A model generated the notes under the pieces. It saw only the letters and a program-made list of their open reading frames with translations. It made no database searches and was not told the origin of the DNA. A stretch of DNA of 64,000 bases from a virus: the IMG/VR virus record IMGVR_UViG_3300024999_000081, positions 12,123-76,122 of that record. One strand, 5' to 3'. How positions within the stretch are numbered: the first letter of the stretch is position 1; every line of letters starts with the position of its first letter. Positions 54,506 through 64,000 of this stretch are shown one piece after another. A program made the translations under genes and the position numbers.

Positions 54506-56911
54506 ATGGAACAAAATACATTGATTAATTTTAGAAAAAAGGAAATTGTCCCAAGATTAAAGAAAGAAACTTTTGATTATAAAGTATTTGAAGTTACTCC
54601 TAGTAGATTTATAGAATCTGGAAAATCAATCGAGTCTATTCTTGACACAATTCATGCAATTAGCGAAGGGAAGGTTAAGTATGATTATTTAAACAAAAAT
54701 ATTGTTATCAATCAATCAAGTCCTATTTATTATGAAATTTTATTTGAAGGTAAAAATATTAAATTTAATTATGTTATTCCAGACAAATATACTGTGGTAT
54801 TAGTAAATAAAATTGATAAAGTATTTAGAGTTGCAGCAGTTAAAGAAATTGAAGATTATTTTCCTCAATTTGTTAATAAATATTATTGCACATTTTCACA
54901 GAAAAAACACTTTATGTTCTCATTGAACTCAAATTACACAGATAATACAGGATTATTGGATAATTTATTATCTGTTATTAATTCGGTATTGCCAGAGGAT
55001 AAAGTTTTATTGCAGTTGGGCGTATTACCATTACATGAAAAATGGAAAGAGAATTGGGGCAAAGCGAATATTAAACATAAAAATGGAGAAGAATTACCAG
55101 TTCATCCTAGCACAATTATTGCAGTTGCAGAAAAATTAATTGGAAGTGTTGAAGGATTTTTAGATTTATTAGATGTGGCTATTGGAGTTGATAAAAAAGA
55201 AAAAGAAGCATATTCAAAGAAAACAAAACAAGTTGAAAAATGGGGTAATAATGTTTACAGGAATGCTCATATGTCAACTCAAAAAGTTACATTTAATGGA
55301 TTTGAGACTCAAATTAGGGTTTATTGCACAAGTGAAGAAAGGACTAGGTATTATCAAAAGACATTTTCTGGAGTATTTAAAATATTAGATGGAGAGCAGG
55401 AATTAGAGTTTATTGATGTTGGAAAACATAAAGGAAATAAAAGAGAATTTATTAAGAGATTGACTGGTAAGAATATTTTTTGTACAAAGGAATTAGTGAG
55501 TTTCTTAAAATTACCGGATAGAAGGATGCAGATGGATTTCAAGAGTGCAATGAAGAATACAATTGAGAATACTGAGAATAAGATTCCTATTGAATTAAGA
55601 GAGGGTGGTAAAATTAAAATTGGTGACGCTAGTTTTAAAGGAACTAAAATTCCAACGTATTTTCCCACAGAATATTCCATGAATGCAATTGTAAAGGTTA
55701 TTGTAGCTCCAGTTAGAGCAGGTAAGACCGAAAAAACTAAGCATTTTATTCTTGAAGCAATTAAAGCAGGAGATAGTGTTATTTGTATAGATACAATTAA
55801 AAATTGTGAAATTGTAGAAGATGTTAGAGATCATATGCCAGAAGAATTTAAGGATAAGTTAGTGATATTGGATTACAGCAATATTAGACAAAGACTTCCA
55901 TTGGATTTTAATGAATTACTTAATGTTGAAACAAAAGATCATATAGATGAAATGATGTTAGCTAGTCATTTAACCTCTTCTCTTTGTGGATTTGTAAATG
56001 CTGTATCAGGATTTGATTCTGAAGGGGAACTTAAACCAAGAATGAAAAGATTTTTAAGTATAGCAGGAAAGATTGTTTTATCCCAAAAGGGAAGCACTCT
56101 TAAGGATGTTTTTGATGTTTTACAAGAATTTGATATTAGAGAAAAATTTATCAAATCATCTGGATTACCAGAAACCAATAGTATGATTCAACAATTAAGA
56201 TTGTTAGACGATGGAAAAGGGGGAACAAATTATTCTATGGTGTCAGGTATCCTAGATAGGGCAAGTGCAATTATGAATGATTATATTTCAGAAACACTTC
56301 TTTCTACGCCTTCTAATCCAGAAATTAACTTTACTAAATTTGCTAATGAGGGGAAATGCGTTTTAATTAAAATGAGCGATAGCGTATTTGATTTAGAAGT
56401 ATTAAAACCTATGGTGACATTCATGTATTTCAAGATTTGGTTAGCTCTTGCTACCGCTAGGTCTAAAACTAAAAATCCTAGAATGTGCCATGTCATATTA
56501 GATGAAATACACAGACTACCAGAGGTTGCTAGTTTCTTATCATCAAAGGCAAAGGAGTCTCCAAAATTTGGATTGAGCTATGTGATCACATCCCATTATT
56601 TACCAGATATGAAAAGGCTCTTGCCTAATTTAAAATCTGCTCAAGCGAATTTTATGTTTCTTGGTGGAGCAAGTAAGGAAAATTTCAAGTTATTAGAAAC
56701 TGAATTGATGCAAGGTAACATATCAATTGAAGAAGCAATGGAGACTAAACCTTTTCACGCTCTCAATATCATAAATTTTAATAGAGAATATGCAATATTT
56801 ACAACCAAGTCATATCCTGAGTGGAAGAAATGTGGATGGTTAAAAAAAGTAGATAGGAGTTATTTAGATTTAGAACATTCAATGAAATATGGTTTACCAT
56901 TTGAAGGTTGA
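54506..56911 (+). CDS. VirD4/VirB4/HerA-FtsK-superfamily P-loop ATPase
   Basis: Walker A VAPVRAGKT, VICID, Walker B VILDEIH, KESPKFGLSYVITSH. Confidence 0.75.
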   Translation: MEQNTLINFRKKEIVPRLKKETFDYKVFEVTPSRFIESGKSIESILDTIHAISEGKVKYDYLNKNIVINQSSPIYYEILFEGKNIKFNYVIPDKYTVVLVNKIDKVFRVAAVKEIEDYFPQFVNKYYCTFSQKKHFMFSLNSNYTDNTGLLDNLLSVINSVLPEDKVLLQLGVLPLHEKWKENWGKANIKHKNGEELPVHPSTIIAVAEKLIGSVEGFLDLLDVAIGVDKKEKEAYSKKTKQVEKWGNNVYRNAHMSTQKVTFNGFETQIRVYCTSEERTRYYQKTFSGVFKILDGEQELEFIDVGKHKGNKREFIKRLTGKNIFCTKELVSFLKLPDRRMQMDFKSAMKNTIENTENKIPIELREGGKIKIGDASFKGTKIPTYFPTEYSMNAIVKVIVAPVRAGKTEKTKHFILEAIKAGDSVICIDTIKNCEIVEDVRDHMPEEFKDKLVILDYSNIRQRLPLDFNELLNVETKDHIDEMMLASHLTSSLCGFVNAVSGFDSEGELKPRMKRFLSIAGKIVLSQKGSTLKDVFDVLQEFDIREKFIKSSGLPETNSMIQQLRLLDDGKGGTNYSMVSGILDRASAIMNDYISETLLSTPSNPEINFTKFANEGKCVLIKMSDSVFDLEVLKPMVTFMYFKIWLALATARSKTKNPRMCHVILDEIHRLPEVASFLSSKAKESPKFGLSYVITSHYLPDMKRLLPNLKSAQANFMFLGGASKENFKLLETELMQGNISIEEAMETKPFHALNIINFNREYAIFTTKSYPEWKKCGWLKKVDRSYLDLEHSMKYGLPFEG

Positions 56912-56929
56912 TAAAGGTAGGTGATTATT

Positions 56930-57463
56930 ATGGCAATTGCTAATTATCCGATTACAACACATTTTTATCAAATAGATTCTATGCACCCTAAAATTCCTCA
57001 TTCCGGCACAGATTATGCCCTGCCACAGAATACACCATTAGAAGCAATTTCAGATGGGATTATCACAGGAGTATCAACTAATGAAATGCTAGGCAACAAC
57101 ATACGTTACAAGACTCCTAATGGAGAAGTAATTGTCTATGGTCATCTATCCTCATTTAAATCTAAAGTAGGAGATGTGATTCATAAAGGTGATATTATTG
57201 GGTATTCTGGGGGAGATCCTAAGATACAACCATCTGGTCATTCCAATGGAAGTCACTTGCATTTGAGCGTTTATAGTAGAGATGGGATTCTTGTTAATCC
57301 TGAACCATATGTATTAGGGCAAGTACAAACAAATAATCATAGTTCATTTTTATTTCCTACGATATTAATTTTATTATTATTTATTACATGGAAATTTAGA
57401 CGAACATTTATATATAGTATATTAATTATGTTGGGATTACTTGTAATATTTATTGTATCTTAA
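56930..57463 (+). CDS. M23-family peptidoglycan endopeptidase with C-terminal TM anchors
   Basis: HSGTD, YGHLS, GDIIGYSG, GSHLHL; two C-terminal hydrophobic segments. Confidence 0.88.
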   Translation: MAIANYPITTHFYQIDSMHPKIPHSGTDYALPQNTPLEAISDGIITGVSTNEMLGNNIRYKTPNGEVIVYGHLSSFKSKVGDVIHKGDIIGYSGGDPKIQPSGHSNGSHLHLSVYSRDGILVNPEPYVLGQVQTNNHSSFLFPTILILLLFITWKFRRTFIYSILIMLGLLVIFIVS

Positions 57464-57759
57464 TTATTGAATAAAAGGAGTGGATATTAATGGGGATGAT
57501 TAAAAATATTATCGACAATTTTACTAAACAAGAAATTTATATTGATGATTTGATAGTTGAAGAAACACATATTAAAAGAAATACTGTTGAATTAATTTTG
57601 GACACAGAGGAAATTTATCTAAGAATGAAAGGAATTATTATTGATTAATGGAGTGTGACTTGTTCACTCTTTTCTTTTTGAGATTTTTAATAAAAACTGG
57701 CATTAAAACTTGCTAAACTAATAAAATAGATTATAATAGTGTGAAAGGGTTGATTTGAG

Positions 57760-59328
57760 ATGATTTTTAAATTCGATAAAAGTGGAAATATGGAAAATAT
57801 AGGAATGGAAGGAGATATACAGGATATGACAAGGAAGGGTAATAAGGATAAAGACAGAGAAAGGTTTAATCAAATGGATATGAATGTGGTCAATCAAGTT
57901 AAGGAAGAGGTAATTAATGCAATGAGCGAAACTGCTGCAGGATTTGAGAGTCTGGATGAAATTATTGGTGATGAAGATATGGTTCAAAAACATGAAATGG
58001 AATTGGTTAAGGAAATGGATGCGGAAGTAGATGATGAAAAATTAAAGCAACAAATGAGGGAATTGAATATGCGGAATATGCCTAGCTTGAGTAATTTGAA
58101 TAGAATGAAAGATGAAGGGGATGGGAAGGAAAGTGAAACTGACAAAGAGCAGATTCCGAAGGAAGAATTTAATGAAGAATACAGTGATACTCAAAGGAAG
58201 AAAGATGAATTAGCGAAGAAAAGGGAACTACGCAAACTCAAACAAGAATTAAAACAAAATGACTTAAAATTAAAAGAAAGTACAAGTTGGTCATTCTCTC
58301 CGGTTATTCCTGTTTATAATCAAGGAGAAATTACTAAGTATATTTGTACAATCTCTTCATTTGACCTTGCCTCCTACTTTGAAAATTTTATTATTCGTTT
58401 CATTCCTAGCATTCAGAGGGGAAGCGTTGTGACACCATCGGGGAAAGAAAAAGACAATTTCTCCAATAAACATGTAAATGATATTTTTCAAGCTTTTACA
58501 CAAAAGAAAATTTTTGGAAATACAATTGTCTTAAATTATTCAACGAGCAACGAATCAGATTTAGTGTATAATCAAGAGGACAATAGTATTACAGGAGAAG
58601 GATATTTACAGGGAATAGATTTTAGTCACCGTGCTAGAGCTTCCATAAAATGGAAAAACGCTTGGATTAAACATCCAGACCAATATGATGATCCTAGACA
58701 ATTTTATTTTAATTGCGAAGTAAATGTGGTATCTGACGAAGATGCGAGACAAATGTTCGCGGAATTGAACAATTTTTCGCTTAGAGTCAACCCCACAAGA
58801 ACACATTATCTTGATAATAGTAATTATGCTAACAAAATTGCAAGAAGAATTGAAAAAGAGTCTGATTTAAAAAACAAAATCGAAACAGTTAGCACAACAA
58901 TCAAGAGTTCCAGCCCTAATGTTTGCAGTTATGGAGTTTTAACGAATGCAATCAAAAAAAATTATAAAGAGCCTCAAACTAAATTAGAACAAACGAATGT
59001 TGAAAATTGGTTAATAGAGTATGTCGATGAATTAGTATCTATCTTCCCTCAATTTATGGCTAATTCTGATTTAGAGTCTAAAAACAATTTAAAGAAACAA
59101 TATTTCACAATCGAACCTTTAGCAATTGGTGCAATGATAGCATTGAGTGCAGTTTTAAAGGATGATTCAGACTGGAAAATTAAACTTGCTAAATTAACTG
59201 AAAATGATTTCTTTTTAAGAACTGCAAGTCGATGGAGGCCAGTCCTTAAAGAAGGAGGGAAAATTATCAATGGCACATCAAGTGTTAAGCATTTTAATGA
59301 GACTGTAATTAATTGGTGTACTAAATAA
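57760..59328 (+). CDS. DndB/DGQHR-like (ParB/Srx-related) protein with acidic coiled-coil N-terminus
   Basis: IQRG, TIVLN, GIDFSHR (DGQHR variant), ARQMFAELN. Confidence 0.7.
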   Translation: MIFKFDKSGNMENIGMEGDIQDMTRKGNKDKDRERFNQMDMNVVNQVKEEVINAMSETAAGFESLDEIIGDEDMVQKHEMELVKEMDAEVDDEKLKQQMRELNMRNMPSLSNLNRMKDEGDGKESETDKEQIPKEEFNEEYSDTQRKKDELAKKRELRKLKQELKQNDLKLKESTSWSFSPVIPVYNQGEITKYICTISSFDLASYFENFIIRFIPSIQRGSVVTPSGKEKDNFSNKHVNDIFQAFTQKKIFGNTIVLNYSTSNESDLVYNQEDNSITGEGYLQGIDFSHRARASIKWKNAWIKHPDQYDDPRQFYFNCEVNVVSDEDARQMFAELNNFSLRVNPTRTHYLDNSNYANKIARRIEKESDLKNKIETVSTTIKSSSPNVCSYGVLTNAIKKNYKEPQTKLEQTNVENWLIEYVDELVSIFPQFMANSDLESKNNLKKQYFTIEPLAIGAMIALSAVLKDDSDWKIKLAKLTENDFFLRTASRWRPVLKEGGKIINGTSSVKHFNETVINWCTK

Positions 59329-59338
59329 AACGAAAAAA

Positions 59339-59380
59339 ATAGAGAGTAATCACATTAATTTGTTTGTGATTACTCTCTAT
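59339..59380. terminator. Bidirectional terminator between convergent genes
   Basis: ATAGAGAGTAATCACA-loop-TGTGATTACTCTCTAT. Confidence 0.75.
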
Positions 59381-59384
59381 AATA

Positions 59385-61096
59385 TTATTTGCTATTTTCT
59401 AAATATTCATCATAGTACATCCATATAAGAGGTTCATTAGTGATGGGGTGCTTACCTGCAGAATTCTTTTTATTTCTACAGCATTTACTTAAATCACTAT
59501 GATCAACTTTAAATTTTTTTGATATTTCTGATTGTTTATTAAAAATCTCTCCAGTTGTGACACAAATAATTTTTCTATTTATAGAATCCAATATATCTTT
59601 AATTTCTTTTTCACTTTTTAAAATATAGTCTTCATAATACATCCATATAAGTTTAGTTCCATCTGGAAGTTTACCTGCTGATTTCTTTTTATCATCACTA
59701 CAACATGCAGATATACTTGGACTTCCAACATTATATTTATTTGATGCATCCCTTAAACTATTAAATATTTCTTTAGTTGTTAAACATACTACTCTATGAC
59801 ATACCTCTTCTTGTGGATTATAATTGCACCATCCTAATTCCACTCCTTGTTTTAAATATCTTCCAACGGACTGTAGACTAATTTTTAATATTTCGCTAAT
59901 TTTTACTGTTTTATAAATTCCTTGATTCCAAATTTCACAAACTGTTTTTACTAAACTCTTACATCCTGTTTCGTAGCAATTTAACCAATCTATATCATCT
60001 TCTGAGAAATTAAACAATTGTGGTAATTCGCTATTCATTATACTATTTTTAATCCATTCCAAATTAGAATATCTACAGTCTAAAATTATGTAAGTTATGT
60101 TATTATTTTTAGCTAATTGTTCTTTAATAGCATCGTTGTTTTGTATTTCGTTTAATGAACCCCATGATTTTTTCTCTTCATAATGCTGTATCCCATGTGT
60201 TTCTATTATACAATGTTCGCTATTAATATAAAAATCATACTTATAGTCTTTACACCACTCAAAAGTAGTTTTTGATAATTGAATTTGGAATAATACTTTT
60301 AGTTGTTCTAAAAAACTAAAGAAAAAACGTTCTGGAAAACTAATACCATCCCCGCATTTCGGACAGCCAAATCCTTGACTTATTAAACTATAAATTCTCA
60401 GATTTTTATCATAGCCACAATCTGGACACTTCATAGGAATTTTATTATGATACCCCACAGAATATTTTGAAGCATCTTCCATATTTACTAAATATTTTAC
60501 TAAATATGGATGAGTCATTGCTACAGTGTTACATTGATTACAGGTAATATTTAATGGATGCTTACTGCTATTAGTAAAACTACCTATATTTTTTGCTCTG
60601 ATCCATGCTCTGGATGTTTCAAACATTTAAACCAGTAACCTTTGCCATCTATGCCAGTTGAACCATAAGTAACATCTTTAGGACTTAATTTGTTTCCGTT
60701 TTTATCAATGTTTAGATTATAATCCCATCTAGATAATAATAAATTTGCTTCTTCCTTTGATAAATTTATATAGCACCATTCTTCAAAAGAAATATATTTT
60801 TTATATTTTCCTTTCTTAGAACATTTCTGACAATAGTATTCTCCATTGTCTTTTACATATCTATTATAAACTTCCCAATTTATTTGTCTTGGTGTGCTAC
60901 AACCATCACATTCAATATCAATAGACACTTCAGAACCTTTTGATAAATCATTAACATTAACCAGTATTTTTGTCCCTCTTTTTATTTTATTTCTTCCTTT
61001 ATTATCTATGTATCTAGATATTTTATAGTCTTTATCCTCATAGTATTTTGAATTTCTAGAACTTACTTCTACTTCAACCTCTTTTGTTATTAACAT
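59385..61096 (-). pseudogene. Zn-ribbon / PD-(D/E)XK(Vsr-like) / NUMOD1-repeat homing endonuclease, frameshifted near 60590
   Basis: 60584-61096 and 59385-60626 join at an A-tract (HGSEQK|NIGSF); CPKCGDGISFPE, YDFYI..IIETHGIQHY; two C.TT.EIFN repeats. Confidence 0.7.
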
Positions 61097-61289
61097 AATT
61101 ATTCCTTCTTTCTTTCCTTTAATAAAGATTAGTGGATTTAAGAAATTTCCATTGTAAAGGTCAATAGAAGTTTTCTTAGTTTTACTCTCATCAGGTTTGC
61201 AACCCTAATGAGAAACCACCATTAATATATAACTTAATTATACTATATTATTTAAATTTTGTAAATATTTTATTTCTAACTCTCAATCC

Positions 61290-61571
61290 CTATTCCTCGC
61301 ACAACCTACTAATCCAACCTAAATCATCCCTATTCACTCCACATTTAGTACACTTAAATTCCTCATCTGCATATTGCATTCTCATAAAATCATGCTCACA
61401 CCCACCAATCAAAACCTTCTTCTTGCCACTCAAAACATCCTCAGACCAATTAATAGGAATAATATCTTCTAAAGACTCTTCCATCGACAGTAAACTCAAA
61501 CAAACCTTCCCTGAATACTTACCCATCATCTGTTTTAATTCTTCTTTCTTTTTAGGTGTTAATCCAGACAT
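61290..61571 (-). CDS. Small hypothetical protein with Zn-ribbon tail
   Basis: AGGAGG RBS; CEH...CTKCG. Confidence 0.6.
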   Translation of the reverse strand: MSGLTPKKKEELKQMMGKYSGKVCLSLLSMEESLEDIIPINWSEDVLSGKKKVLIGGCEHDFMRMQYADEEFKCTKCGVNRDDLGWISRLCEE

Positions 61572-61971
61572 AATTTCCTCCTATCATAAATTCAAATATA
61601 CTAGGAAAACATACTTTTATTGGATTTTATTTGTTTATTTTTTAGTTTGCTTCCACACATTAGATAATAATCATTAAATTAAAAAATATATCCCAAATTG
61701 AGCGTCAAGCGAAATTTGGTAAGGTAATCTTTTGGCACAAAAGTTACCGCACACCCTCGTCGTTCCTTTGACATGTCACATAATTATTGATTATATTATA
61801 ATGAATATACATGTCCTTGCAGGAGGCTTTTCATTCCAGTAATTTTGTTGTCACAAAATTCCTTCCATGGTTATATTATAATTATTATTTTTACAATTTG
61901 TATCCCTAAATTATACATTTATCTATAATATAGAAAGATGTATAGAAAAGGGATACATTATTTTATAATTT

Positions 61972-63594
61972 TTATAATTCTAATGTTTTTATAATTGTCC
62001 AATAAGTATATTTTTTCACTTTTCCTTCTTCTCTTTTAGAAGTTTTTGTTGCAGTTACTTTATATGGTAATTTTAATGTTTTCTCCATAATACTATTAAA
62101 TGTATCTGGGTGCATCTTTTTAGTTCCTTGAAGTAACCCTCTATCAATTTGATATGCTTCACTTGTTAATAATTCCTTGAGTTTTATTTGATCTTCCTCT
62201 AATACTTTTGTATCAAGTAAAGATTCCAAATAATTCTCTAATGTTTCAATATCAGAATCTAACATTACTTCTTCTATTAAATATTCTTCCTCAAACATAC
62301 TTTCCAAATCCAACCATCCTAACTGCTCACGAATATATGCGAATTTATCAGTCATTTCAAATTGTTTAATCATATATTCGGCAAATTTAATATCTTTCTT
62401 CAACCTTACTTCCCCTATAGGGTTAACCATAAATTCATTTGTTCCAGAGTCTTTATAGATAATATCATCACTAATCTTGCTTAATTTATTATCATAACGA
62501 TAATTAAAACTATTTTTATTGTCATCTTCAAGCATCAATAAATCAATATCTGCTAATTTTCTATTATACTTTCTCAATAATCCTTGAAATGCTTTCTTTG
62601 ATCTTGTTGAAATATATAAATTAATTTCTTGTGGATTATCAATTAAAATCCTCTTTCTGCCTAACATTTGTAAAGTCGATACTTTATCCCATGCTAATAT
62701 TACTATATTTGTAAGAAGATCATCCTTTATATTGATTCCATTGTCTAACGCCTTACTAGCAATTAACACCTTTTTCTGAAATATATCCTCATTAATTATA
62801 GACATCAATTCATCAGATTTTGTTCTTGATTTAATTATAGAGCATTTATCTTCTCCAATATCATCCATTATTTTCTTGCCATCTTTTAAATCACTAATGA
62901 ATATTAACCATTTTTCATCACTTGTATCATTTAATATCATATTAGTAATTATTTCCACATAATTATAATGTTCAATATATTTTACTTTTACATTTGAATA
63001 ATCCTTACCAGTTTTATAGGTATATATCTTTGGTTTGTTTCCCATTATTTTATCTATAGCACTATTCATATGGAATGTAATAGGTTTACCAATTTCATCC
63101 ATTGTAGCACTCATAAATACTTTTATAAGGTTAGGATATTGTGCTACAATCAATTTTTTATATGTAAATCTACATAAATTATTATATCCTGAGTCTGATA
63201 ATACAAAGTGACATTCATCTAAAATTATTGCTGAATATTTACTTAGATCAAATAATTTACCTTTATATTTCTCATTTAAAGATGAATGTTGCAGAGCATG
63301 ATATGAACAAACTGTAACATGACCAATAGTTTTTGTTCCATCCAGTTCTTCTAATGTTTCAGGTATTTTTAATCCATGTGATTCTAATAAACGTTTTTTA
63401 ACTTGTCTTTTTAAATTTGTTCTATTTGATACGAATAATACTTTATTTGGTGACATATAAGGCATGAAAATATTCTCTATGAAATAATTTTTACCTGTTC
63501 CTGTCTGTGCTTCAATAATTACTATATCTCTTGGTTTCCATTTTCTATAAGTTTCTCCTATAATATTTGATACATAATCTAGATTTAATTTCAT
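61972..63594 (-). CDS. SF2 DExH helicase-like protein (possible plasmid-type replication protein)
   Basis: AQTGTGKN, ILDECH, MSAT, LDNGINI, QMLGRKR. Confidence 0.8.
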   Translation of the reverse strand: MKLNLDYVSNIIGETYRKWKPRDIVIIEAQTGTGKNYFIENIFMPYMSPNKVLFVSNRTNLKRQVKKRLLESHGLKIPETLEELDGTKTIGHVTVCSYHALQHSSLNEKYKGKLFDLSKYSAIILDECHFVLSDSGYNNLCRFTYKKLIVAQYPNLIKVFMSATMDEIGKPITFHMNSAIDKIMGNKPKIYTYKTGKDYSNVKVKYIEHYNYVEIITNMILNDTSDEKWLIFISDLKDGKKIMDDIGEDKCSIIKSRTKSDELMSIINEDIFQKKVLIASKALDNGINIKDDLLTNIVILAWDKVSTLQMLGRKRILIDNPQEINLYISTRSKKAFQGLLRKYNRKLADIDLLMLEDDNKNSFNYRYDNKLSKISDDIIYKDSGTNEFMVNPIGEVRLKKDIKFAEYMIKQFEMTDKFAYIREQLGWLDLESMFEEEYLIEEVMLDSDIETLENYLESLLDTKVLEEDQIKLKELLTSEAYQIDRGLLQGTKKMHPDTFNSIMEKTLKLPYKVTATKTSKREEGKVKKYTYWTIIKTLEL

Positions 63595-63628
63595 TAATTG
63601 CTTGCCTCCTTCAAAATGGTATAGAAAA

Positions 63629-63805
63629 TTAAGTGTTTCTTAATTTTTCTTTTAATTGATTTAATTCAGTCATTGCCTTAGAAAATTTATCAGTGTCCTC
63701 AAAACTATAAACGGTATCTGAACCAAAACCTTGCTTATAATATCTAAACCCCAAATAGGATAAAGCTTCTGCCAAATACCTCTTGCGAACTTCATAAGTT
63801 TTCAT
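63629..63805 (-). CDS. Small DUF5659-like protein (58 aa)
   Basis: GAAGGA RBS; MKTYEVRKRYLAEALSYLGFRYYK...VYSFEDTDKF. Confidence 0.55.
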   Translation of the reverse strand: MKTYEVRKRYLAEALSYLGFRYYKQGFGSDTVYSFEDTDKFSKAMTELNQLKEKLRNT

Positions 63806-64000
63806 TAATAATCATTCCTTCTTATTTATTTTTATTTTTGCTAATAGGATAGGTTGCCTAAATTTACTTTTCACATTTTTCAACATCTCGCTTTCTTTTT
63901 AATTTATTAATTTGTTTACTCGCCCAAAAATAGAGAACTAGCAGGATAAGATGCGAGTTATCTTCTAATAATGAATGGCCTATCCATTACTCCTGCTAGT

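Noticed and set aside
56930-57463. M23 peptidase as the phage lysis cassette
   Set aside because: Membrane-anchored, no cell-wall-binding domain, coupled to the ATPase and far from any virion genes
136-59276. Many short antisense ORFs in the track (e.g. 136-336, 16567-16860, 22895-23272, 38592-38837, 55354-55680)
   Set aside because: Shadow frames of well-supported genes, with no RBS
57760-59328. Phosphorothioate (dnd) modification system
   Set aside because: No dndA/C/D/E homologues in the window
1-64000. CRISPR array, tRNA or rRNA genes
   Set aside because: No regularly spaced 23-47 bp repeats and no cloverleaf or rRNA signatures seen by eye

Overview
AT-rich 64 kb segment of a large Firmicutes (probably Clostridia) temperate phage with SPbeta-like gene order; no virion genes, tRNAs or CRISPR arrays were seen. 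About 1-22 kb and 40-45 kb are arrays of small co-oriented accessory ORFs, including a PcfJ-like protein, an NPPY methyltransferase plus SF2 helicase pair and a terD-terD-terC cluster. 22-34 kb is the lytic replication operon: SSB-like protein, AAA_24 ATPase, DnaB-like helicase, primase, HNH endonuclease, PD-(D/E)XK nuclease, family B DNA polymerase and RecD2. 35-49 kb covers nucleotide metabolism: class II RNR with a LAGLIDADG intein, Nudix, ThyX-like, dNMP kinase and deoxyribosyltransferase. 49-64 kb looks like a plasmid-state module: a small wHTH initiator with iterons, DnaA boxes and putative antisense RNAs; a KfrA-like protein; ParM/ParR; a compact pilin-like/VirD4-HerA-type ATPase/M23 peptidase unit with no relaxase in the window; a DndB/DGQHR-like protein; and an SF2 helicase. 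The element is therefore probably a phage-plasmid. Most notable: (1) a recurrent palindromic TNAAA-N6-TTTNA site at gene boundaries in the accessory arrays, suggesting recombinable gene cassettes; (2) a PolB apparently fused to the C-terminal tail of phage DnaE; (3) the minimal DNA-transfer module next to ParMR; (4) a ~300 bp inversion splitting a WYL-domain gene; (5) a possible FliM-peptide mimic. All family calls come from motif recognition by eye, not database searches.
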